Shown here in pieces: positions 15,946 through 48,621 of a stretch of DNA of 64,000 nucleotides; positions within the stretch are counted from its first letter, which is position 1, and each line of letters opens with the position of its first letter. Location: assembly GCA_963770895.1 (NCBI GenBank), contig CAVYRF010000002.1, forward strand, positions 1,760,001 through 1,824,000, read 5' to 3'. The translations under genes and the position numbers were made by a program. This stretch comes from an uncultured Acidobacteriota bacterium. Lineage in GTDB: Bacteria > Acidobacteriota > Thermoanaerobaculia > Multivoradales > UBA5704. The notes under the pieces are model-generated. The model saw nothing but the letters and a program-made list of their open reading frames with translations, made no database searches and was not told the origin of the DNA.

Positions 15946-18900
15946 GCGGCGCGGCCGACCTGGCGGCTCTCACCCCCGAGCAGCGCGCCCTGCTGGAGCT
16001 GCGCCTGCGGCAGCGCCGGCAGCAGGCCGCTCCCGGCGCGGCGGCGCCGGACGCCGCCGCCGCGCTGCGCCTGGTGCCGCAGCCGCTGGGCAGCGGCGAG
16101 TTCGTGCTGTCGTTCTCGCAGCTGCGCATGTGGTTCGTCGATCAGCTGGAGAGCGGCAGCGCCTTTTACAACGTCGCCTCCGCCGTGCGCCTGAGCGGCG
16201 CCTTCGATCGCGAGACGCTGCGCCGCGCCCTGGACGAAGTGGTGGTGCGCCACGAATCGCTGCGCACCACGTTCGCGCTGCGCGGCCCGGAGCCGGTGCA
16301 GATCATCGGGCCGCCGCGCGCGACGCGGCTGCCGCTGGTCGACCTGCGCGCCGCGGCGCCCGCCGAACGCGACGCCCTGGCCCGGCGCCACGCGGCGCAG
16401 CTGGCGCGCCAGCCGTTCGACCTGGCGCGCGGACCCCTGCTGCGCCTGTTGCTGGTGCGCCTGGGCGACGCCGAGCACGTGCTGGTCTGCGTCACCCACC
16501 ACATCGTCTCCGACTGGTGGTCGCAGCGCGTCCTGGTGCGCGACCTGGCGGTCGTCTACGGCGCCCTGGCGCGCGGCCTGCCGTCGCCGCTGCCGCCGCT
16601 GCCCGTGCAGTACCGCGATTTCGCCGTCTGGCAGCGTGGCTGGCTGCGCGACGGCGTCCTGGCCGAGCAGCTGGCGTACTGGCGGTCCCGCCTGGCCGGC
16701 GCCCCGACGCAGCTGATGCTGCCGCTCGACCGGCCGCGTCCGGCGGTGCAGAGCTACCGCGGCGGCCACCAGCTGTTCGCCTTCCGCCGCGAGCTGCCGG
16801 CGGCCGTCGGCGCCCTGGCCCGCCAGCAGGGCTGCACGCCGTTCACCGTGCTGTTCGCCGCCTTCCAGGTGCTGCTCTGCCACCGCACCGGGCAGGAGGA
16901 CCTGGTGATCAGCGCGCCGGTCAGCTACCGCAATTCGGCGGAGAGCGAAGGGGTGATCGGGTTCTTCGTCAACACCCTGCTGCTGCGCGCCGACCTGACC
17001 GGCAATCCCGGCTTCCGCGCCCTGCTGGCGCGCGTCTACGCCGCGACGGTGGACGACCTGTCGCACCAGCACCTGCCGCTCGAACGGCTGATCGAGGCGC
17101 TGGCGCCGCAGCGCAGCTTGAGCCACAGCCCCTACCTCCAGGTCGGCATCAACTACGCGGAGGACTTCGCCGGCCAGGGAGAGATCGCCTCCAACCTGGG
17201 TATCGTGGACTTCGATTTCGAGCCCGGCTCGTCGCAGTTCGAGCTCAACCTGATCCTCAACCTCACCGATGAGAACCTGTTCGGCTCCATCCAGTACCGC
17301 ACCGACCTGTTCACGGCGGCGCGGATCGATGAGCTGATCGCCCAGTACCGCGCCATCCTGGAGGCGGTCGTCGCCGAACCGGACGTCGACCTGGCGCGGC
17401 TGCGCGGCAAGCTGGCGGCGGACGCGACGACTCCGACGGCGCCAGGCGGGTTCTTGCTGTCGCCGCAGCAGGAGCGCCTGTGGGCCGCCAATTCCGCCTG
17501 CCGCGCGCTCTGCCTCATCGAGGCGACGGGCGAGGTGGAGGCCGCGGCGCTGGGCCGCGCCCTATGCGCCGTCGTCGCGCGCCACGAGATCCTGCGCACG
17601 ACCTTCCAGGCGCTGCCCGGCCAGCGGTCGGCGCTGCAGGTGGTCGGCGACGGCGCCCCGTGCGCCCTGCGCTACCTGGACCTCGCGCAGAGCGAGCCCG
17701 CGGCCCAGCAGGCGCGGCTGACGCAGGTCTTCGACCAGCTGGAGCGCGAGCCGCTCGACCTGGCGCGCGGGCCGGCGCTCACCGCCGCGATCCTCACCCT
17801 GGCGCCGGGCCGCCAGGTCCTCTGCCTGTGCCTGCCGGCCCTGTGCGCCGACGCGCCGACGCTGCGGCTCCTGGTGGACCAGGTGGCCCTGGCGCTCGGC
17901 GCCGGCTTCGGCGAGGACGAGCCGATCCAGTTTGCCGACGTGGCGCAGTGGCAGAACGACCTGCTGGCCGCCGCGCCGGTGCCCGCATCCGCTGCAACGC
18001 AGGTGGCGATCGCCGAGGCGGGCATGCCGCACGTGCTGTCGTCGTCGCCGGGCGCCGCCTTCGCGCCGCGGTCCGTGGCGCTGCCGCTCGCCCTCCCGGC
18101 GGCCGCGGACGTCCAGGCGGTGCTGCTCGCCGGCTGGCAGACGCTCCTGCAGCGCCTGGCGGACCCGGCCGAGGTGGCGACCGGGGTGCGCGTCTCCGGC
18201 CGCGGCGATCCGGGCCTGGCGGCGGCGCTCGGCCCGCTGGCGCGCTATCTGCCGCTGCCGCCGCCGGCGAGCGGCACGTCGTTCACCGAGCGGGTCGCCG
18301 CGGCGGCGGCGGGCCTGCGCCGGGCCGAGGCGGAGCAGGACCTGGCGCCGGCAGGTGGCGCCGGCTCCTTTTCGTTCTGCTTCGATTTCGACCAGCTCCC
18401 GGCGGCCGTCCCTGGCGGCGGCCCCGGCGGCCCCGGAAGCCCAGCGCTTTCGCTGCGCCGCCTGCGCGCCACCAGCGACCGCTTCCGGCTCAAGCTGGCG
18501 GCCACCCGCCAGGGCGGCGAGCTGGCGGCGGAGCTGTGCTTCGACGCCGGGAGCGTGCTTGCCGCGGAAGCCGAGCGCCTGGGCGGCTGGCTCGCCGCCC
18601 TGCTCGGCAACGCCCTGGAGGCGCCGGACGCGCCGGCGGCGGAGCTGTCGCTGCTGACGCCGGCGGCGCGGCGGCAGGTGCTGGGCGCCCTGGCCGGCCC
18701 GCGCGGCGATTGGGGACCGGACGCGACCCTGCCGCGGCTCTGCTGGGAGCAGGCGCGGCGCACGCCGCACGCGGTGGCGCTGGCCGGCGGCGGCCGCCGC
18801 CTCACCTACGCCGAGCTCGACGATGCCGTCGCCCGCCTGGCCGCCCGCCTGGCCGCCTGCCTGGCGCCGGCGGACGCGGTGCCGGACGCGCGCATCGCCC

Positions 18901-20587
18901 TGGCCGTGGACCGCTCGCCGGAGATGGTCGTGGCGATCCTCGCCATCCAGCGCGCCGGCGCGGCGTACGTGCCGCTCGATCCCGACTTCCCGCCGGACCG
19001 CCTGCGCTTCATGCTGGAAGATTCGCGCGCCGCGCTGCTGGTGAGCCAGGAGCGCCACCTGGCCAGCTTCGCAGGGGTGGCGACGCGGGTGCTCTGCCTG
19101 GCCGCCGGCGAGCCCGCCGCCGCGGCGGCCGCGGCGCCGCCGGCACCGCCAGAGGCCTGGCCGTCGCCCGCCGACCTGGCGTACGTGATCTACACCTCGG
19201 GCTCGACGGGACGCCCCAAGGGGGTCATGGTGAGCCACGGCGCGATCGCCAACCGCGTGCTGTGGATGCGGCGGCAGTTCCCCATGGCGGCGGACGACGT
19301 GCTGCTGCAAAAGACTCCCTACGGCTTCGACGCCTCGATCTGGGAGATCTTCCTGCCCCTGATCTGCGGCGCCCGCCTGGCGATCGCCGAGCCCGGCGGC
19401 CACCGTGACGCGGCCTACCTGGCGGCGGCGATCGCCGAGCACGGCGTGACCGTGCTGCAGCTGGTGCCGTCGCAGCTCGCCATGCTGCTGGAGGCGCCGG
19501 ACCTGGGCCGCCACGCCGCCACGCTGCGGCGGCTTTTCTGCGGCGGCGAGGCGCTGCCCGGCGAAGCGGTGCGGCGTTTCCGCGCCGCCGTCGACGCCCC
19601 AGTCTGCAATCTCTACGGCCCCACCGAGACGGCGATCGACGCCACCTTCCACCTCTGCCCGGCGGCGGCGCCGGCCGGTGTGGTGCCGATCGGCCTGCCG
19701 CTCGACAACCTCCAGGTCTACGTGCTCGACCGCGGCATGCAGCCGGTGCCCCCCGGCCTGCCCGGCGAGCTCTACGTCGGCGGCGTCAGCCTGGCGCGCG
19801 GCTACCTGATGCGCCCGCGCTTGACCGCCGAGCGCTTCGTGCCGCACCCCTGGAGCGCCGCGCCGGGGGAGCGCCTGTACCGCACCGGCGACCAGGTGCG
19901 GTGCGCCGCCGGCGGCGTGCTCGAATTCCTCGGCCGCGGCGACGGCCAGGTCAAGGTGCGCGGCGTGCGCATCGAGCTGGGCGAGATCGAGGCGGCGCTC
20001 GCCCGCCATCCGCAGGTTGCCGCGGCGGTGGCGACGGTGCGCGACGACGCCGCCGGGACGGGCGGCGAGCGCCAGCTGGTGGCCTATTTCCAGGCCGGCG
20101 CGGCGGGGTCGCCGGCGCCGCGCGAGCTGCGCGAGCACCTGCTGCGCACGCTGCCCGAGGCGATGGTGCCGGCGGTGTTCGTCGAGTTGCCGGCGCTGCC
20201 GCTCGCGCCCAGCGGCAAGGTCGACCGCCAGGCGCTGCCGCGGCCCGGCCACGGCGCGCCGCGCCAGGCCGAGTACGTGGCGCCGCGCACCGCCGTCGAG
20301 CAGGCGTTGGCGACGATCTGGGAGGGGCTGCTGGGCGTCGGCCAGGTCGGGGCGCACGACAACTTCTTCGACCTGGGCGGCCACTCGCTGCAGGGCATGC
20401 GGCTGGTCTCGCACGTGCGCGACGCGCTGGGCGTCGAGCTGCGCGTGCGCAGCATCTTCGAGAACCCCACCCTGGCCGGCCTGGCCCAGGTGGCGACCGA
20501 CGAAATGGTCGAGCAACTTGGCGAGGAGCTGGTGTCGCAGCTGCTCGCCACGGGCGCCGGCCCCTCCCTGGCAGGCGGAGAGAGCGC

Positions 20588-20591
<4 letters not shown>
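15942..20591 (+). CDS. NRPS C-I(interface, degenerate C)-A(Gln)-T
   Basis: GTG start in a GTGA overlap, N-terminal docking-like helix LTPEQRALLELRL. C core HHIVSDWW. Second C-like domain has LSPQQERLW but LPALCADA in place of HHxxxDG. Code DAWQFGLIDK (Gln type). GGHSL PCP. Confidence 0.93.
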
Positions 20592-30499
<9,908 letters not shown>

Positions 30500-30518
30500 G
30501 CGGGGGAGACGCGGCGCA

Positions 30519-42628
<12,110 letters not shown>

Positions 42629-42632
<4 letters not shown>

Positions 42633-45600
42633 GCGCGGCGAGCGCGACGAGCACGAAGAGCGCAATGAGCCGCTTCGCCGACGTCTACCCGCTGTCGCCG
42701 ATGCAGGAGGGGATGCTGTTCCACACCCTGCTGGCGCCGGATTCGGGCGTCTACGTCACCCAGGTGGTCCTGGGCTTCGCGGCGGACGACATGGACCTGG
42801 ACCTGCTGGCGCAGAGCTGGCAGCGGGTCGCGGCGCGCCACGCCGCGCTGCGCACGTTCTTCGCCTGGGAAGGGCTCGAAACGCCGATCCAGGTGGTGGA
42901 GCGGCAGGTCGACATGCCGATCGAAAGGCTGGACTGGCGCCGGGTGCGGGCCGCCGATGCTTCCCGGAGGCTGGCTGCCTGGCAGCGCGCCGAGCGCGGC
43001 ACGAGCTTCGACCTGGCGCGGGCGCCGCTGTCGCGCCTGGGCCTGATCCAGCTTCCCGCCAGGCGCAGCGCGGTGGTGTGGACCTTCCACCACATCATCC
43101 TGGACGGCTGGTCGGTGCCGCTGGTGCTGCGCGACGTGGAGGCGATCTATCGTTGGCTGGCGGCGGGGGGGGCCGGCGGCGCCGGTGGCGGGGTCGGAGA
43201 CGGCGCGGCGGTTGCCGCCGGGCCGCCCGGCCTGCCTCCGGCGCGTCCCTTCCGCGACTACATCGTCTGGCTGCAGCGCCAGGACCTGGCGCTCGCCGAA
43301 AGCTACTGGCGCGGTGTGCTGCGCGGCTTTCGCGCGCCGACGCCGCTGCCCGGCGAGGACGGCGGCGAGCGCGGTGCGGCCGGAGCTGCGGGCGCCGTTG
43401 CGGCTGCCGCCGGCGGCGCCGGCGACGGCATGCGTCGCGCCGTGGTGCCGGCGGCGGCAACCGCCGCGCTGGTGGCCTGGGGGCGCCGCGCCGGCCTCAC
43501 CGTGAACACCCTGGCGCAGGGAATCTGGGCGCTGCTGCTCAGCCGCCACGCCGCCCAGCGCGACGTCGCCTTCGGTGCCGCGGTGCTCGGCCGGCCGGCG
43601 GATCTCGACGGCGCGGACGCGATCGTCGGGCTCTTCGTCAACACCCTGGTGGTGCGGATCGACGCGGCGCCGGACGCCCTGCTGGTCCCCTGGCTGCAGG
43701 AGATCCAGGCGGCCTGGGCGCGCTCGCGCCGCTTCGAGCACAGCCCGCTGCTGCGGGTGCAGGAGTGGAGCGAGGTGCCGCGCGGCACGCCGCTGTTCGA
43801 AACCGTGCTCAACTTCACCGGCGCGGCGCAGAAGCCGGCGGCGAGCGACGGTCGCCAGGTGGACACCGCGGCGCAGACCAACGTCGCGATCACCCTGGAC
43901 GTGGCGGTGGGCGACCAGGTCGAGCTGCAGCTGCGCTGGGACCCGGCGCGCTGCGGCGCCGCCGCGATGGAGCGCCTGCTGGCGGCCGCGGCGACGCTTT
44001 TCGCGCGGCTGCCGGGCGCCGCGGGCCGCCGCCTGGCGGACGTCTCGCCGCTCGGCGCCGCCCAGCGCCACCAGGCGGTCTGCGAGTGGAACGACACGGG
44101 CGTAGCGCGGGCCGCCGATCCCGCGTTGCTGCACTCCCGGTTCGAGGCGCTGGCAGCGGCCGCGCCGCACCAGGAGGCGCTGATCGACCAGGCCGGCGCC
44201 CTCACCTACGGCGAGCTCGACGCCCTGGCCACGGCGCTCGCCCGCCGCCTGCGCCGCGCCGGGGTGGGGGTCGAGGCGCGGGTCGGCGTGCTGCTCGAGC
44301 GTTCGCGGGAGATGGTGGTGGCTCTCTTTGCGGTGCTCAAGGCCGGCGCGGCCTACCTGCCGCTCGACCCCGACCACCCGGCGGAGCGGCTGGCGTTCCA
44401 GGCCGCCGACGGCGGCGTCGCGGCGGTCGTCACCACCCCCGCGCTGGGCGGCCGGCTTGCCGCGCCCGCCGGGGGGGACGCGGCCCCGCCACGCATCCTG
44501 GTCGACCTGCGTGAGCTGGCTGCCGACCCGGCCGCCGCGCCGCTGCCGTGCGGCGCCGGCCCGGACAATCTGGCCTACGTGATCTACACCTCGGGTTCGA
44601 CGGGGCGGCCGAAGGGGGCGATGATCACCCACCGCGCCATCGTCAACCGCCTGGAGTGGATGCAGCAAGCGTTCGGCCTCGGCGGCGATGATAGAGTGCT
44701 GCAAAAGACGCCTTTCAGCTTCGACGTTTCGGTCTGGGAATTCTTCTGGCCGCTGGCGACGGGCGCCCGGCTGGTGCTGGCGCCGCCCGGTGCGCACCGC
44801 GATCCGTCGCTGCTGCTGGAGCTGATCGCCGGCCAGCGCATCACCGTCGCCCACTTCGTCCCCTCCATGCTGCACTTCTTCCTGGACACGCCGGAGGTCG
44901 CCGCCGCCGCCGCCGGCCTGCGCCGCGTGATCTGCAGCGGCGAAGCGCTTGGCGGGCCGCTGCAATCGCGCTTTCACGCCAGCCTGCCGGGGGAGCTGTA
45001 CAACCTGTACGGGCCGACCGAGGCGGCGGTCGACGTCACCTGGTGGCGCTGCGACCGCGGCAGCCGCGCGTCGCTGGCTGTGCCACCGGCCGTATCGGTG
45101 GTGCCGATCGGCCGGCCGATCGCCAACACCGCCATCCACCTGCTGGACGCCGCCGGCCAGCCGGCCGCGATCGGCGCGCCGGGGGAGCTGCACATCGGCG
45201 GCGCCGGTCTGGCGCGCGGCTACCTGGGCCGCCCCGACCTGACGGCCGACCGCTTCGTCCCCGACCCCTTCGGCGGCGCTCCCGGCCAGCGCCTCTATCG
45301 CACCGGCGACCTGGCGCGCCGGCGCGCCGACGGCAGCGTCGAATACCTGGGCCGCATCGACCTCCAGGTCAAGGTGCGCGGCATCCGCGTCGAGCTGGGC
45401 GAGATCGAAGACGTGCTGAGCGGCCATCCCGCCGTGCGCCAGGCCGCGGTGGCGGCATGGGACGACGGCGCCGCCGGCAAGCGCCTGGTCGCCTACGTCG
45501 TGCCGGCGGCGCCCGCGGTGACCGCGGCACCCGCACTGCCCGCGCCGCCCGCGCCGCCCTCAACTGTGGCGTGGGAGGAGCTGCTGGCCTGGGCGCGCCG

Positions 45601-46915
45601 CAAGCTGCCCGAAGCCATGGTGCCCGCCGCCGTGGTGCCGCTCGCCGCGCTGCCGGTCACCGCGAGCGGCAAGCTGGACCGGCGCGCCCTGCCGCCGCCC
45701 GACCCCGAAACGGTGATGGGCGGGGCCGGCGGGGGCGGCGAGCGCGCCGCGCCGCGCGACCCGCTGGAAGAGGAGCTGGTCGGCATGTGGCAGGACATCC
45801 TGCGCGTGCGGCCGATCGGCATCGGCGACGACTTCTTCACCCTGGGCGGCCACTCGCTTCTCGCCGTGCGCCTGATGGGGGCGCTGCGCAAGCGCTTCGG
45901 CGTCGAGCTGCCGCTCGCCCGCCTGGTCGAGGCGCGCACCGTCGAGCGCCTGGCCGCCCTGCTGCGCGCGCCGGCGCCAGTCGATCGCCGGGCGCCGCTG
46001 GTCGCCCTGCAGCCGGCGGGCGCCGGGGTGCCCTTTTTCTGCGTGCACCCGATCGGCGGCCACGTGCTGTGCTACGCCGACCTGGCGCGGCACCTGGGCG
46101 GCGACGCCCCCTTCTACGGCTTGCAGGCGCCAGGTCTCGAAGAGGTGGGGGCGGTCGCGCCGTCGATCGAGGAGATGGCGGCCTCCTACCTGGCGGCGGT
46201 GCTGCCGCTGGCGCGCGAGCGCGGCGGCGCCTGCTGCCTGGGCGGCTGGTCGATGGGCGGCATCGTCGCCTTCGAGATGGCGCGCCAGCTGCGCGCCGCC
46301 GGTCACCACCCGGTGCCGGTGGCGATCCTCGACTCCTGGTCGCCCGACATCCACCGCATCGTGCCCGACGATGCCTACCTGCTGGCCGAGATCGTCAGGG
46401 ACGTGGCGCTCCAGCGCGGCATCCCGCAGGCGCTCACCTACGAGCACCTGCTGGAGCTCGCCCCCGAAGAGCGCCTGGCCCGCGTGCTGGAGGTGGGCCG
46501 CGCCGGCGGCCTGGTCGCGGCCGACCTGGACGCCGCCTGGCTGCGGCGCACCCTGGAAGGCTACCGGGCGCGCCGCACCGCCCTGATGCGCTACCGGCCG
46601 GCGCGGCACAGCGGCGGCCTGACGCTGTTCCGCGCCGTCGAGCAGGACGCCCAATTCGTGCGCCAGGTCGAAGCCGAGCTGGGCTTCGACGTCGACGACG
46701 AAACGCTGGGGTGGGGCGCCTATTCGGACGCGCCGGTGGCGGTCGAATGGGCCGCCGGCAATCACTCCACCATGTGCCAGGAGCCGCACGTCGCGGCGCT
46801 GGCCGGCTCTCTGCGCGCCTGGATCGAGCGCGCGATCCCGCCGCGGGACGGCGCCGCGGTACCGGGCTTTGCCACTTCCCTGCGCTCCCACACCCTTGAG
46901 GAGGATCCTGCATGA
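42629..46915 (+). CDS. Terminal NRPS C(DCL type)-A(Ser)-T-TE
   Basis: ATG 42629 in an ATGA overlap (alternative start 42665). YPLSPMQEGMLFH and WTFHHIILDGWS fit a DCL domain after the upstream E domain. Code DVWHISLVDK (Ser). GGHSL PCP. TE GWSMGG and GNHSTM. Confidence 0.95.
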
Positions 46916-48621
46916 CCTTGTTCAAGTTTCTGCTCCGCACCTCGCGCGGCCTCGCCTCGCTGGCGATCCTGGCGGGGCTGGTCGCGGGCGTTTGCAATTC
47001 CGCCCTGATCGCCTGCATCAATCGCACGGTGTCGCGGCCGGGCGCCACCACCGCGACCTGGATCTGGGTCTTCGTCGGCATCTGCCTGCTGCTGCCGCTC
47101 ACCCGCTTCGCTTCCTCGGCGCTGCTGGTCAAGCTGTCGCAGAAGGGAATTCACGACCTGCGCATGCACCTGGGCCAGAACATCCTGGCGGCGCCGCTGC
47201 GCAAGTTGGAGGAGATGGGGCCGGCGCGCCTGCTGAGCGTGCTGACCGACGACGTGCGCACCATCTCGGTCGCGCTCATCGCCATCCCCGGCACCTGTAT
47301 CCAGATCGCCATCGTGCTCGGCTGCCTGGGGTACCTGTGCTGGCTCTCACGGCCGGCGTTCGTCGGCCTGCTGGTGTTGATGGTGCTGGCGCTGGCCAGC
47401 ATCCAGCTGCCGGCGATGCGCGCCCGGCGGCTGCACAGCCTGGCGCGCGAGGTCCAGGACGTGCTGTTCCGCCACCTGCGCGCCATCACCGACGGCAACA
47501 AGGAGCTGAAGATCCACCGCGGCCGCCGGCAGGCCTTCGTCAGCGACTCGCTCGGCGCGGCCTCCGCCCGTTCCCAGCGCTACAGCGTGATCGGCAACAT
47601 GTTGGACGCGGCGACCGGCAGCTGGAGCCAGCTGGTGTTCTTCGGCGCGGTCGGCGCCCTGCTCTTCGTGCTGCCGCGGCTGGTGCCGATGTCGACCGAG
47701 GTGCGGATGGGCTACATCCTGACGATGATGTACATGATGGTGCCGCTCGACGTGATCTTCGGCGCCCTGCTGCCCACGGTGGTGCGGGCCGACATCGCGC
47801 TCAAGAAGATCGAATCGCTCGGCCTCTCGCTCGAGCAGATGGTGAGCGAAAAGCCGGCGCCCGCCGCGCCGCCCCCTTCGTGGCACAGCCTGGAGCTGGC
47901 CGGCGTCACCCATTCGTTCCTGTCGGAACGGGAGCGGGAGTCGTTCGTCGTCGGCCCGATCGACCTGACCCTGCGCCCCGGCGAAGTGGTCTTCATCATC
48001 GGCGGCAACGGCAGCGGCAAGACCACCCTGGCGAAGCTGCTCACCGCGCTCTATGCCCCCGAATCCGGCACGGTGCGCCTGGACGGCGTGGCGATCACCG
48101 ACGACAACCGCGACGCCTATCGCCAGCACTTCTCGGCGGTGTTCTCCGACTTCTTCCTGTTCGACAGCATCCTGGGCCTGGAGGCGCCGGAGCTGGACGC
48201 GCGGGCCCGCGAATACCTGGTCAAGCTGCAGCTCGACGGCAAGGTCGAGATCCGCAGCGGGGCGCTGTCGACGATCGACCTGTCGCAGGGCCAGCGCAAG
48301 CGGCTGGCGCTGCTCACCGCCTACCTGGAAGATCGCGACATCTACCTGTTCGACGAGTGGGCGGCGGACCAGGACCCGCTGTTCAAGCGCACCTTCTACT
48401 TCCAGCTCATCCCCGAGCTCAAGGCGCGCGGCAAGACGGTGCTGGTGATCAGCCACGACGACCAGTACTACCACCTGGGCGACCGCGTCATCAAACTGGT
48501 CAACGGCCAGATCGAGTACGACACCACGCCCGAAAAGCTCGGCCCGCCGCGGCCGCTGTCCGCCGCGACGCCGGGTGAGCCGCTGCTGCAGCACGCGGCG
48601 CAGGCGGCCGCGGCCCCATGA
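46912..48621 (+). CDS. Cyclic peptide export ABC transporter (SyrD/PvdE/YojI family)
   Basis: Hydrophobic N-terminal half, Walker A GGNGSGKTT, and family signature LSQGQRKRLAL...LFDEWAADQDP. Confidence 0.93.
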   Translation: MTLFKFLLRTSRGLASLAILAGLVAGVCNSALIACINRTVSRPGATTATWIWVFVGICLLLPLTRFASSALLVKLSQKGIHDLRMHLGQNILAAPLRKLEEMGPARLLSVLTDDVRTISVALIAIPGTCIQIAIVLGCLGYLCWLSRPAFVGLLVLMVLALASIQLPAMRARRLHSLAREVQDVLFRHLRAITDGNKELKIHRGRRQAFVSDSLGAASARSQRYSVIGNMLDAATGSWSQLVFFGAVGALLFVLPRLVPMSTEVRMGYILTMMYMMVPLDVIFGALLPTVVRADIALKKIESLGLSLEQMVSEKPAPAAPPPSWHSLELAGVTHSFLSERERESFVVGPIDLTLRPGEVVFIIGGNGSGKTTLAKLLTALYAPESGTVRLDGVAITDDNRDAYRQHFSAVFSDFFLFDSILGLEAPELDARAREYLVKLQLDGKVEIRSGALSTIDLSQGQRKRLALLTAYLEDRDIYLFDEWAADQDPLFKRTFYFQLIPELKARGKTVLVISHDDQYYHLGDRVIKLVNGQIEYDTTPEKLGPPRPLSAATPGEPLLQHAAQAAAAP

